A stretch of 63,035 nt of DNA, the filler included, from Intoshia linei (taxonomy: Eukaryota; Animalia; Orthonectida): the NCBI GenBank assembly GCA_001642005.1. It is 5 parts of 5 records of this genome, joined end to end, with 100 filler letters (N's around TTAATTAATTAA, not from the genome) between each part and the next. Parts side by side here need not be neighbours in the genome. Positions count along the whole stretch, not along the records: positions 1 to 25,866 come from LWCA01000489.1; 4 more parts are not named here. One strand, 5' to 3'. Each line of letters begins with the position of its first letter. The stretch's first letter is position 1. This document shows positions 1 to 13,000 of the stretch, piece by piece. The notes beneath the pieces are model-generated. The model was not told the DNA's origin and did no database searches. It was given only the letters and a program-made list of their open reading frames with translations. A program made the translations under genes and the position numbers.

Positions 1-536
1 TATTACTTTTAAATAAGTTTTTATTCTGTTTCAATATTCTAAAGATACTTGAGTGATAATATAAATGGATTAGTTTCGAATGTAACTATTATAGATTAAT
101 AAACTAATGTTGTCTCATAGAACCATAAATAAATAATTAATTAAGTAACTAAATAATTAATGAATAAACTATTAACCATATTTGTGGTATACTATATATG
201 AAATTATATATGTATACATTGTTAAGATTATCTTCCAGTATATCTTTTGGTAATTCCTTCCATGAATCAAAGAAATTTGTAATAACGTGGAAAAATCCAT
301 AGATTATATGCAAAGTTAATTCCGGGATAAAATAGGCCAACAAAGCCAATTATATAGGCGTCTCGATGAGAAGACTATCAAGGTAAGTAAAATTATCAAA
401 AATTTTAACATCGTATTCAATTGTATTTGCATGATCCATCTGGACAGCGTTGAAGTAACAAAATGAATATGTAATGTATATTTAATAATAATAATATAAT
501 ATTGACACTGTATAATTCTAATTATTTACATTAACC

Positions 537-712
537 CAGTGGTTTTCAACCGGGGGGTCGTGAAAATTTGAACAAAGTATAAAATATAAATAAAACTGAA
601 TATCCTTTTTTAATATTTTCATTTATGTGAATTGATACGATGTTTGGAGTACATAGACAATTTTTTATGTTTATAAAGGGGGTCGCGAACACAAAAAGGT
701 TGAAAACCACTG
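537..712. mobile_element. hAT-type MITE
   Basis: TIRs CAGTGGTTTTCAACC / GGTTGAAAACCACTG with a perfect 8-bp TSD CATTAACC (529-536, 713-720). Related fragments at ~3105-3250 and ~25967-26062. Confidence 0.9.
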
Positions 713-746
713 CATTAACCCATATATTACCAGTGTGACCTTATGT

Positions 747-2915
747 CAGTGCTTTCCAACCCATTTTGGTTGGCGACACACATTTCAATCTGAAAACTTT
801 TTGCGACACACCAATCTAAAAATATACTATTGATTCGTTGAAACGAAATTTTTTCTAATAATAATCTCAAAATAAATATAAAATTATTGCTTTACTATAG
901 ATTAAAAATAATTATATATGTAATGTTATTAAATAATTGTTAAAAATGTATAAATTGAAAGAATAAAAGTGAACAAATACAAAAATAATGAGACCATTTC
1001 AAGTACATGTATAATATAAATGTTTATATCTAAAAAAATGCAAAATTAATGAGATTTGTGATTGTTTGGATTAACATATTCTTTTAATATCTTTATATAT
1101 AATACTAGCTTGGCTGTTTTGTACTACGTACAAACAGCACCTAGCTCTGCCGAGGGCACTCTTTTATTATACCAAAAAAATAAATTCACCTTGAAAATCT
1201 AACTTAAAAATCTTATTATTAAATATTATCAATCCTTTAAAAGAGTGGTTCCCAAATTTGTTTTAGGTGGAACCGTCATATCACATTACTTTTTACTTTA
1301 AAGTGAATTATTCCATCTTAATTTTTTTTGTTAACATTTGCGTAAAGAATTTTAAAAACAATTATTATCCCATTTTTTTAATTTATTAGACAGAATGTGT
1401 GTATAATATTAAAAATAAAGTAAAAACAGTCCAATCTTAAAAATTGTCATAACTAGCATAAATTCCAGCAAAATAAAATTATAAAAACCTATTTTTTCAT
1501 TTTCAATGTGATGATATATATTCAGAACCAATTTAATAAATACTTAAAAATACCAATTGTGTATCAATAATTAATCGGATTTTACCATTATTGCAAAGGA
1601 TTGTAATATAAAAATGATTGATGTTAAAAATGTGTCAATACTTTTGGCCTTTTTTATTGTGAATGTTACTTTTCTTTTTAGCATTTTCAAATTAAGTTAG
1701 TATCAAAACTGTTACAAATTTGTTCTCATAGATGTTGTTCAAAATGTTTTGAAAAGGAAAATTTGAAATTTAAAACTTGCGTAGCAATGAAAAAAATTCC
1801 GAAAGAATGAATTATATAGATTTTCACCCATATGCCTTGACTGGAAATGTGTAGATGTACAATCCACATTTTATTTAAAATTGTAGGATCAATATTTACA
1901 TTTTCAATTTTAGATTTTAATCAAAATATTTAAAAAATATTGGTTGATAATATATTAAAAATTATTTTTCACCGGGAATGCGTAGATTTCTGGGTTTGAA
2001 ATTTTTTGTTTATATCAACTGGAATAAGCTCTATCAGAATAATTCTTTTTTTAATTTTTGGACCATTAATTATTTCACATTTTTGGTTTTAATAAAATAT
2101 TTCGGAAAAAAAATATATGAATACTAAAATGCTTTTTTGACCGTGAACTCGTCACTTATTCGGATTGAAATTTTTTATGTGTGTTAACATGATACAACTC
2201 TACCTACCTGTAAATTTTTTGAAATTCTAGGGCTGTTTTCATAAAAAAAGAAGGGTAATTAAATTATAGGGCTGTGTCCAAAAAAAAGGAAGGGGAATTT
2301 GGGGTTTTGGCTCTGAAGATATAATTTTTTTAAATTTATGATAATGTTTATGATTTTAAAATTCACATCAGCGTATATTTTTTTTAAGATCTCCAACTCG
2401 TTTGCTTTTCAAAAAAAAAGAAGAGGGACAACAGGGGTTTTTGATCCTTAAGATGTCAAATTGGGAGGTTGAAATTTATCTTATTATACGTCCCGGAAAA
2501 AACTGTATCTGAAATGTTATCTTTAAAAAATTTTAAAAATGCTAGTTATTTTAATAAAGTAGGACACACACATAAAACAAAAATTGCGTCGCATATTATA
2601 TAAGTTAGAATAAAATTATTTGTATAAACGAGCTTTAAATTATTTCTTCATTATTTCAAAAGTTTGCGTAAACGATATTAAAAGGTGTATTTGATGACTA
2701 ATTTGATGTTTTATTTATTGATTTTGACTGTAAAATAATCATTTTGGTGATGCATTTAATCAAATTTAGTGAAAAATAACGCTAATTTAGTTGTGTAAAA
2801 ATTTTATTTGGTCACACTATAATATTTACATTATTATTGTTAATATTTTATAAATTTTAAAAAAAAATTAAATAAATTTTAAAAAGTTTGGCGACACACC
2901 GGTTGGAAAGCACTT
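747..2915. mobile_element. hAT-type non-autonomous element with a nested Helitron
   Basis: TIRs CAGTGCTTTCCAACC (747) / GGTTGGAAAGCACT (2901-2914), GGCGACACA subterminal motifs at both ends, and a degenerate TSD. Confidence 0.7.
1105..2610 (-). mobile_element. Non-autonomous Helitron, near full-length copy (~1.5 kb)
   Basis: On the minus strand the 3' end is CTAG|T, preceded by the hairpin GCTGTTTTGTAC-TAC-GTACAAACAGC. The other end has a CA-rich tract near the 5' TC. No TIR or TSD. Near-identical copy at 39998-41380. Confidence 0.75.
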
Positions 2916-3767
2916 ACTTATACAGTCAAACCTGGTCAATATGAACAGCTGTGTACCAGTTTTTGACGCCGTTCAAATTACAAACTATTATGAACACGGT
3001 TATATTGTTATACTAATCAAGGGAGAAAATATTTATTTAAAATTATTCATAATATATGTTAGAAATTTATTTTATGAGTTAAATTTAATGAGTCAATAAT
3101 TCTATTCAACATTTTTGTGTTCGCGACCCCCTTATAAGCATAAAAAATTTTAGCGACCCAAAAATTTTCTATATACTCCAAACATCATATCAGTTCACAT
3201 AAATGAAAATATTAAAAAATTATATTCAGTTATATTTATATTTTATTCTATGCTCACTGAGCACTAGGGTGTCACATTTTTTGGAAAATTTTAAAATTTG
3301 ATGGTCAATTAGCACTAAAAGTGTGTATTTTTAAAATAGAAAAACTAGTTAGCAATCAAAAAAATTTAACGCTATCTATTCGAGAGCCGTTTGTCATTTT
3401 AAATATCACTGTATAAATATTATGGAGAAATTAAAACTGAATTTTATTTTAACGGAAATTGGCGTTTGAGCTTTTAAACGTGGTACCAACTTTATAATAT
3501 TGTTCTTCATGTTTAGTTATACAGTTTATCTTTGTTAAATTTGTTTCTAGCGAACAAGATGAAATTATGTCTTATATTTAATAATTTTGTTGATAATAAA
3601 AATATCAATTATGTAATTTCACTCATTTAGAAAAAAAATTAATTAATTAATTAATAGTCAATTTTTAACTAATTATTTTATTAATGTAATTAAAAAAAAA
3701 TGAAAATAGCTCTGTGCACCCCAAAAATTGATTATGCACTCCTTGGGGTGCATTCACCCGCGGTTAA

Positions 3768-3983
3768 CCCTTTCACTGTCTGTGTATTCTATACTATACA
3801 CAGCAATTTCACATCACACGTCTGTGTATTTTATGATATACACAGCATAATTTTGAAAAACTTTATTTTTTTATTTACATACATTTTCACACAGGTAATT
3901 TAAAAATAATACAAGTTTAAATTAAAACAGAAATTTCAGACGTGTGGTGATAGTACATAAAATTGCATTAGACAGTGAAAGGG
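3768..3983. mobile_element. piggyBac-type MITE
   Basis: TIRs CCCTTTCACTGTC / GACAGTGAAAGGG flanked by a TTAA TSD on both sides. Confidence 0.9.
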
Positions 3984-4089
3984 TTAAGAACCACTTCCCT
4001 AACGTATATACATGATAAATCAGGAATTATGATGTAGCTTATCGAAGAAGTTTTAAATCTATCAAATTTTAACTAATTTTACTATGATG

Positions 4090-4562
4090 GCTTTGTTTCC
4101 ATTTCCATCATCTCAAGTAACAGATGCGGGTTTAGTGCTGTTTTAGACTTACAAAACTGTTTGTACTAACAAAAAAGATAAATAGACTCCAAATTTTAAA
4201 ATGAGGAGATACACAACAGTAGTGCCTAATATTAAGAAATTTTGTAAGAATCTTCAGGTCAATCATTTTATTAATTCTAAAAAATAATTAAATTATTATT
4301 GTTTTTAGCATTATTTTATTATAATTTGCTCGAATTTCGTCAATAATAGCTTTTATATATATTAATTATAGTCTAATAATATATTACAAAATTATAGTTT
4401 CTACTAAAAAGTAATAATGATTTAATAATAATTTTTTGTGAGTGAACTTTTGTAATAACCCCAAAAAATGTGGCCATTTGGTCAATTTTTTTTCCAGTGG
4501 GGCCTGGGATTTTTTTAAGAGTGAAAATGAGGCCTATAATAAAAAAAGGTTGGGAAAAACTG
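4090..4562 (+). mobile_element. 3' fragment of the hAT family found at 7342-9842
   Basis: Degenerate transposase C-terminus (ALFPFP..CGFSAV) and right TIR GGTTGGGAAAAACTG, similar to ~9520-9842. Confidence 0.75.
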
Positions 4563-5089
4563 ATTTAGATAATGTTTAATTTTGCGCATTAGATAAAATT
4601 TTCCTACTTGTACCTTATTTAAATAAAATAATTGTATATTTTTAATTAGATTAGACTGAAGACAAAGATGTGAAAAAAATTTTTTTTTTGGTCAATTATA
4701 ACATAATATATCAACAATTTTAGCTAAATATTTCAGCTTTATTTTCTGGCAATGCTGTACGTGCGTGATACTAACCATGTAAATACAGGTACTAAATTTC
4801 ACCGGAAATTGAAAAGACAACTACCTTTTTTGTTGAGCTATAAAATATAATTATATAATGTTAATATAATTGAATTTTATAAACATTGTGGTTCGCGTGA
4901 TTCACAATTTGGTGGAATGTGGCCCGAGGATTAATTAAGCTGGGCACCACTGCGCTAGTGTGAGTCCAATTATAGATAGGGAAATCATAATCACTAATGA
5001 TCTGTAATTTTCATATATTCTCACCGCTTGTCACCATCACAAATTATCAATATTATTATATTGTAATTATAAATAAATTAAATATTTAG

Positions 5090-6471
5090 ATATGGACTTT
5101 ATAATGAATTATTTACTATATGTCCTGGTTATTTTTTGCTATGTATATTTTCGTTGCAACCTCATAAGGTAATTTTAGTAAATTTAAATTAATTTTATGA
5201 TAATACAGTTTAATTCATGGGTTCTTAACCTTTTTCTATTTGTCACCCCAATTTGGAATAAATTTTTAGCCGAAAATTTTTATTCGTCATCATAGATAAG
5301 TAGTTTTGGCTTTACATTTTACACCAAATAAATTAAAATTGATAGTACGTATTTTTTCTGGTCACTTTAATTAAAATTCAACGTATAAATCGTATTTTCT
5401 GACATTTTAAAAGCCGTCCCTATTAATATCAAACATAATCATTGAGTATTAATCAATTACAACATCAATAAATGGTAAAAACGAAAAATATCAGCTGTAT
5501 TTGATAAGATTTAAATTGGTTTAAAATTTAAATATTAACTTATTTTGATCGATAAAATAAAAAATGAATTATATTCATATATTATATGAAAGTATTGTGA
5601 TCCTACCGGCTACGACTCGGTTGAGACACTGTTCTATTATAATTATTGTAAAAAAGATGTTAGTTTAAATTTATATTGAAGGATATTTTAATAGAGTAGT
5701 ACATAATTTAATTTGATAATTTTTTCTAATTAAGGAGCACCGATTCATTAATCCAATTCTTCCATTTTTTACATATTCAATTGCTCAATGTACCAAAAAA
5801 ATTGTTGATCAATGCAACAAAAAGAAATATTGTCGTAATTTTCTTAAACACATAATTATGGCAATCTACACAACATTCGTATTGGTGTCTTGTTTGCGTA
5901 ATGTCAAATTAGCCTTATGGTATAAAGAAATTTCATTTAAGTCATTAAACGAAAATTTGCCTCAATTTGACGTAAAAATGCAAGGTTTAATTATTTATTA
6001 TTTAATTAATTATATAATTGAGATAAATTTATGTTTATAGAAAACTGCATATGTATTGGAGATGATTGGCACTTAATTGGAGGACATTTCTTTTTGAATA
6101 AGTATTTAAAATATTGTTTTATTTCATCAAATTTCAAAGCACAGTTACCTCAACACTTTAAAAAAAGAATGAACCTCAATTTAATAAAAAATTTTAATTT
6201 TCCAAACTATGCACATTTTGATGAAAGATTTAATGACATGAACAAAATCTATTCAGATTCATTGAAAAATGTCGATGCTTGTTCGTATCTCATAAAATGC
6301 TTTCAAGAAAAATTTCAAGTTGATGACAAAATTTTAATACAATTTAAATTTTTGGAAAAAATTTACATTCTCGATAGAGATAATACGAGACAACCTTGGC
6401 GTAGTTTATATCTCCCGTTTTTTGAAAAATTTGTTAAACGCAAAATGTGTGTATTATATATTAAAAAATAA
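5090..6471 (+). CDS. ALG9: ALG9-like alpha-1,2-mannosyltransferase (glycosyltransferase family 22), last three exons 5090-5168, 5735-5984, 6041-6471; upstream exons not found
   Basis: The spliced translation contains IFSLQPHK|EHRFINPILP (cf. ALG9 QPHKEERF), CIGDDWH, FISSNFKAQLPQHF, FNDMN and WRSLYLPF. Junctions are GT-AG and phase-compatible. Confidence 0.8.
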
Positions 6472-7016
6472 ATACATTACTGCATTTTATTCGGAAAAGT
6501 TGCACATTGGAAACGTACGAACATTGGATGGGCAGGACATTGATCCATTAATAATAGGATTTAACAATTGTCATCCAATCCCATGGAGGTACAATGAGCC
6601 CTGCAGTCAGCCACAAAATGATAAAATATTTCTAATTTTTTATTAAACGTGATTATGCTTCTTTATCATTTAATTGTCAGTGTTATGATAAACTTTGTTT
6701 ACAAAAGTATTTTTTACATTTAAAATTAAATCAAATTGAATCAAATTTGTAAAAATTATTTACTAACAATTCTTACATTGCAAATTTCAATTGCAAAATT
6801 ATCTACTGTTTTGAATTTTTAGTAAATAAATTATCTACTAACGGTACAAATTAGCAAATTATTCACTAACCATTTTATACTAACGGTGCTTGACTGTATA
6901 TGTATTTTTTTTAGAATAAACTTTGCTACACTACTAATATAAACCTGATACTTTAGTATATTTAAAAATAAATTAAGTAAACATTTCAATTGAAATTATT
7001 ATAAACAAATTATAAA

Positions 7017-10000
7017 ATGACAGTTTTAATATTATGGTTAATTAATGGTTTTGCAGTTTTAGGTATTAGTTACATTTAATTCTTATTTTATAATACTAAA
7101 CAAATTTTTAGCTATTTCGCAAAATGGTACATTGTCAAGTAATACTTTAACCATGTTTTTTAGTTGATATTATAAACTTAATTATAACTATTTATTCCAA
7201 TGTCTTAATTACTCATTAATATAAAGCATTTAACCCATCACTATTCGCGATTGGATAAAAATGACGTATATTTATGAATGAAATTTGGCTTATACGATGA
7301 CTTAACAAATTGTAAATAAATTAATTTACGAGGAATGAAATCAGTGTTTCCCAATTGTGTGGTCAGGCCCCACTGGTGGGCATGACGAAATTTTTGGTGG
7401 GACATTGGAAATTTGGTGGGGTCTGGGAAATATTACAAATTTATAGGATTATGAAAAATTTAGATTAATTTATTGTTAATTTTATACAATATTCTCAGGT
7501 TTATAAATGGTTATGTGATACTTGAACCAATTAATTGCACTATTAGAATAATGACAAAAAACAAATATATCTTTAATGATCGTGGTGTATTGAATTCAAA
7601 TTTAACTAAATTGATGAGTATATGCAAAATGCCAAATTTGCAAAAAAATATTCGTATTCATTATCTTATTTAAATCAGTTAATTTAATTAATTAAAAATT
7701 AAATTTAGATTAAAATAATGAATCTACATTGAAATTTTACATTCATTTAGTTTTTGTGTTTTTAAGAAATATTAGTGCCACTTTAGACTAAAGTTTAGTA
7801 CAAAAATATGATAGCACTTAGGTATATATTTTTGTCTAAAAAAACTAAAAAAATTTTGCATTTTATTTTACATTATTTTCATTATATAGGTTAATATTAA
7901 TTCTTAATTTTTAAAACAAGGGTTTGTCAAGATTCAGATACCATACAAATACAAACGCCAACTATGGTTTATTATTGTTAATATTATTGATAAACGCTTA
8001 CATTTTTGTCTGTTATGTCAAAAAACATTATCCAATGATTCAATGAAACCAGGTCGTCTTCTATCTCATTTGGAAACGAAACATTCTAACAATGAAAATT
8101 CAATAGACTATTTTAAATCGTTGAAAGTAAAATTTTAAAATCAAAATAAAATTACATGTGCATTCGAAACTAAATCTACAAAAATTAATCACATGATTAT
8201 ATCTAGTTATGAAATTGCTCTATTGATATAAAAAATGGAAAGAGTCATACAATAGCTGAAAAATTAATAAAGCCTGCAATTTCATCATTTGTTAAAACTG
8301 TCCATCAATTAAATGGCAATGTTGTTGAACAAATGCTATTGAGTAACAACATCATCAGTAATAGAATTGATGATATGAGCAAGTGCATTGCAAAATAATT
8401 GATGGATAAATTAAAAACGAGAAAATTTTCATTACAAATGGATGAGTTAACTTTTCGTGACAGTGAAGCTCTTTTAATGGTTTATGTGAGATATATTGAC
8501 CAAGAACAATTCAAAGAAGAAATTTTATTTTGTAAATCTTCGGATACGATCAAAACCAACTTCAGGTGATATATTTAAGAAATTAAATGATTATTTGAAT
8601 GAAAAAATATACCAAAACATAACATAACTTCATGTTTAGCTGATGGAGTACCGGTTATGATGGGGAAAAAATGGTTGCTTGAAATTAATTAAAGATCAAA
8701 ATCTCAATATGTTGATTGTGCTTTGTATAATAATACATAGAGAAAATTTAATTGCCAAAAAGTTATGTCTCATTTTACATAGAATTCTTCATTCGATAAT
8801 AAATTGCATAAATTATATTAAAAAAAGTGCTAAATGTGAACGCCTTTTCAAAAAATTATGTATTGATAATAATGAAGAGCATGTGCGATTATTGTTACAC
8901 ACTGATATTAGCTGGCTATCCAAGGGAAATTGTTTAAAAAGGTTTATAAAATTGGTTTTATCAGTCAATTTTAGAAAATAAATCTGAATTAGACCTTATT
9001 CTGAGTATTCTGACTTATTCTGACTACTGATGGAAAAACATATGAGCTATTTAACTGATATATTTGAAAAATTAAATACATTGAATAAGAATCTACAAGG
9101 AAGAGATAAGATTCGTAGAATCAAAAAATCAAATATTTGGATTAATGTCACTATTAGATGTTTATATAGAAAATATTTCATCCAATAATTATTTATTAAT
9201 TAATCAATGAATTATTAATTTTTTTAAATTCATTTCTTTTGGTTAAATAAATCCCATGTTACAGAATTAGTAAAAAAATTATATTAAATCATTTAAAAAT
9301 AATGAAAAATGATTTTAATATGCGTTTTGAAGATATCAAACTTATGCATTTTCCATTGTGGTTGACACAACCTACTTTGGTGGACTTATTAAATGTATTT
9401 ATCAAATACCAAGAAGATTGTATATTAATGCATGATAAATCTTTACAAACTGTATTTAGCATCAAAGGTATTATTATATGGCTTACTGAAGAAGCCTTTA
9501 AAAATTATCCGACTTTTTCTAGGATTGCTTTGCCATTTCCATTCTCTTATTTAGCAGAATGCTGGTTTAGTGCAGTTATAGAGTTACTGACAAAAAAAAG
9601 AAATAGACTACAAATTTCAAAAAGTGGAGATCTACGATTAAAGATTATAACATTAGTACCTAATATTAATAAACTCTGTCAGAATCGTCAGGCTCAATCG
9701 TTTAATTAATTCTAAAAAATAAATACATTATTATTGTTTTTATCATTATTTTATTATAATTCGCTCGAATTTTTTTTCAGTGGGCATGAGATTTTTTAAG
9801 AGTAAAAGTGGGGCCTAGCATAAGAAAGGTTGGGAAACACTGAATGAAATATAATGCAATACCAGTGACATGAGTCATGTCATGACACGTCTTCTTTATT
9901 AGATTTGTTTTGAACTACAGTAGTGTAGGTCAATTTTCAACGTGAATAGAAATAAAAATGTGGCCTCGGCAAAACTAGGTGCTGTTGGTACGTAGTACAT

Positions 10001-13000
10001 AACAGTCAACCTAGTAATTTATATTATCTTTTAATGTAACTGTGGCACCATATGAATTTAAAAATTCAATTAAAAATTTAAGATAAATAATTAAATCTCT
10101 ACTTCAGGGGTGCACAACGTGCGGCCGTGAAAGCGTTTATGTCCGGCCATTAGGTCCATGTATTGTATTTCCAATGAATCCATTATATTAAATTGTATTT
10201 GTAGGTACTTTACAAAATGATACATTAATAGACAAAATTGAAGAGAAGAGTGTTAATATGACTGGTAAATTTATGGTTATCTGAGATGATTGATCTCTAG
10301 TAAATTACCCCTTTGAATAATATTCGTTATTTTAAAATGAGATTTGTTGTAAAATTTAAAACAGGCTATGTGGAATTGCATTGTATTTATTAAACCACAT
10401 GTCATTTTTGCACTAATGTATGCTTTTTAGGTACTTTAATGTATTAAGGCTAAATTACAGAAAAAATTAGAAGCCAATACATTTTAGATTGTTTACTTAA
10501 ATAATTAACTATTGCACAGGCTTTTGCGATTTTATAATTCATATTATCCATGAATTTTCAACGAGTTAAATAGTCTATTTTAATGTTTTAATGATTCTTA
10601 AACTTAAAAACTTATCACACTAATTTCACCCAAAATACTTCGCGGAACCCTTAAAAATTTTTAAATTAGAGATAACAGAAATACTTTCATAAGGAAAAAA
10701 ATATAAAAGCTCAATTTTACTGAAATATATATTTAGTAAAACACTTATTGCAAAAAGCTTTATTAGAATCGGTGCTACTTAACCTGTTTGTTCCAAAATG
10801 TATATTTATATTTTTTACATAGCTGGAAATAATTGACCTGGTTTACGGGGTACCAAATTTAAAAAAGATTCAAAACCCTGATTTAAGGTCTAAGGGTTAT
10901 AGTTTAGATCAGGGATTCCCAAAGTGGGCGATATCGCCCCCAGGGGGCGATTAATTCAGTTAGGGGCAATTATAAAAACACTGTATACTCAAAGATTGAT
11001 TTTAGATGGATAGAGTGAAGCGTTGATGAATTTTTTGGTTTTAAGGGGATATTTTTATAGCAAGTTTGGGATTCACTGATATAAAAAGTGACAGTAATAA
11101 ATATATTTTTTTTTAATTAACACAATTTTTTAATTATTACATGTTGAATAATGAGTTACTTTTTAAATATACATACGAGATAGTTGAAAAATTTTTTACG
11201 GGGGCGTTGAAAAAATATATTGTTAAAAAGGGGACGGTAGGCAAAATGAGTTTGGGAACCCCTGTTTAGATTAAAGTTGTAGAACATTCCAATTTTGTTG
11301 TATTTATTTTCATTAGATAATATACGTTTAGTAGGAACTCTGCAAAATGATACTTTAATAGAAAAAGTTGAGGAGAATATAGTTAAAAAGAAAAGTAAAT
11401 ATCTAATTTTTTATTTATATTATTTCTAATAGATGTGGATGTTGCTAGTAAATTATTGTACAATTTTTTATTTAAACTAAAATGTAGTTCATATAAAGGA
11501 TGTATAATTTTCCCTTTATTGGTTATTATGAAATGATAAATTTACTATCCTATGTATATGATAATAAATAGTTATTTCACATACAATTATAATAATAATT
11601 TTTTGTTAATGAAATGATTTTCCAAAAAAAAAGTGAATAATAGAATACTTTTTTGAACATCAAGGTTTAGTCTAACATTGAAACTTTTAATATATTTTAA
11701 TTCGAAAAAGCTGTATTAAATGTGATTTTTTTTTTAAATTCTGGGACTATTCGTTATTTCAATTTTTAAAAATAATGGGTAGTTTGTGGTTTTGACCGTG
11801 AAGACGTCATTTTGTGATATGATAATTTTTTGTATGTATTAACTGGAGATAACTATATGAACCGTAATTTTAATTTAATTTTTTAATTGTAAGACTATTT
11901 TCATTTTTAAAAAAAGGTAATTTGAGGTTTTGGCTCTGAATATTTTGTTATTATATATCTTTTTAAAATTTAATTTTAATGTATGAAAATGTTGATGATT
12001 TCAAAATTTGTATCAGAGTGTATATTTTATTAATTTCTACGACTCGTTTAATTACAAAAAAGGATACTTGAGGTTTTTGACCGGTAAGATGTAATTTGCT
12101 GAAATTTAAATTTGTCTTACTTTCTCCCCGGAAAAAACTGACCTGAACTTTGGGATTGTTAAAATTCTAGGTCACTTAGTTATTGAAATAAACGATAACA
12201 CACAATGACTGATTTACCGAAAAACAAAAATATTATACAAGTTTGGAATCCTTAAGATTAACATATATCAATACAATTTAACTAATTTGTCAGTCTATGA
12301 TATTATAACATAAATCTATACTTACCGTAACTAAATTTTTTCAATTTATATTTTCTCAAATAAAATTTATTTTAAAATATAAATTTTTTTCGTGGAACAC
12401 CAATCTTCTTCTCCCGTCACACAGTTTGGGAATTGCACTAAGCTATTTAATTTTTTTTAGGTTAGATATCAAAGATATTTAATTATTTTTATTCCATTTG
12501 TTGATATATATTTTGCAAAAAAATTGATTCTGGTCAGTTTTTTTTTCCTAAGGCTTGGTAAGACTTTTCTAGATAAGCGAATTTTTCTTTTGGGTTTGAT
12601 CTGTGATTACTTCTCGAAAGTTTGGTAAATTTTTATATTTCAATAGAAACTTGGTAAAAGTGAATTTTTCCTTCCGTCATGAAAAAAATTTATAAAATAT
12701 GACGAAATTCTTCACTTTTCCAGAAATAGCAAAATGACTGTAACATATATACAATATTATAATGCATAATAATCTTAGTCAGTAAAAAATTATAATTTAT
12801 TAATATGTTCATTTATATTATTTATTAACATTATTTATTATTATATTTGAATCTTAATAATAGTGGGTAAATTCATAAAACAAAATATAAAATTTCCAAT
12901 TTAAAAGTTATTAATATTAGTATTAATAATATAATATAAAATTTTAATTTACAGTATGTAAATAAAATTTAATTGATATTTTTAAAAATATATTATTAAT

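Noticed and set aside
149-480. Minus-strand hydrophobic ORF 149-349 with a coding-like upstream extension
   Set aside because: In-frame TAA at 350-352, no recognisable family, and cut by the window edge. At most a degenerate fragment.
6488-6632. Minus-strand frame with two in-frame TGA (possible selenoprotein, CGU)
   Set aside because: No similarity to selenoprotein families I recognise and no convincing SECIS element.
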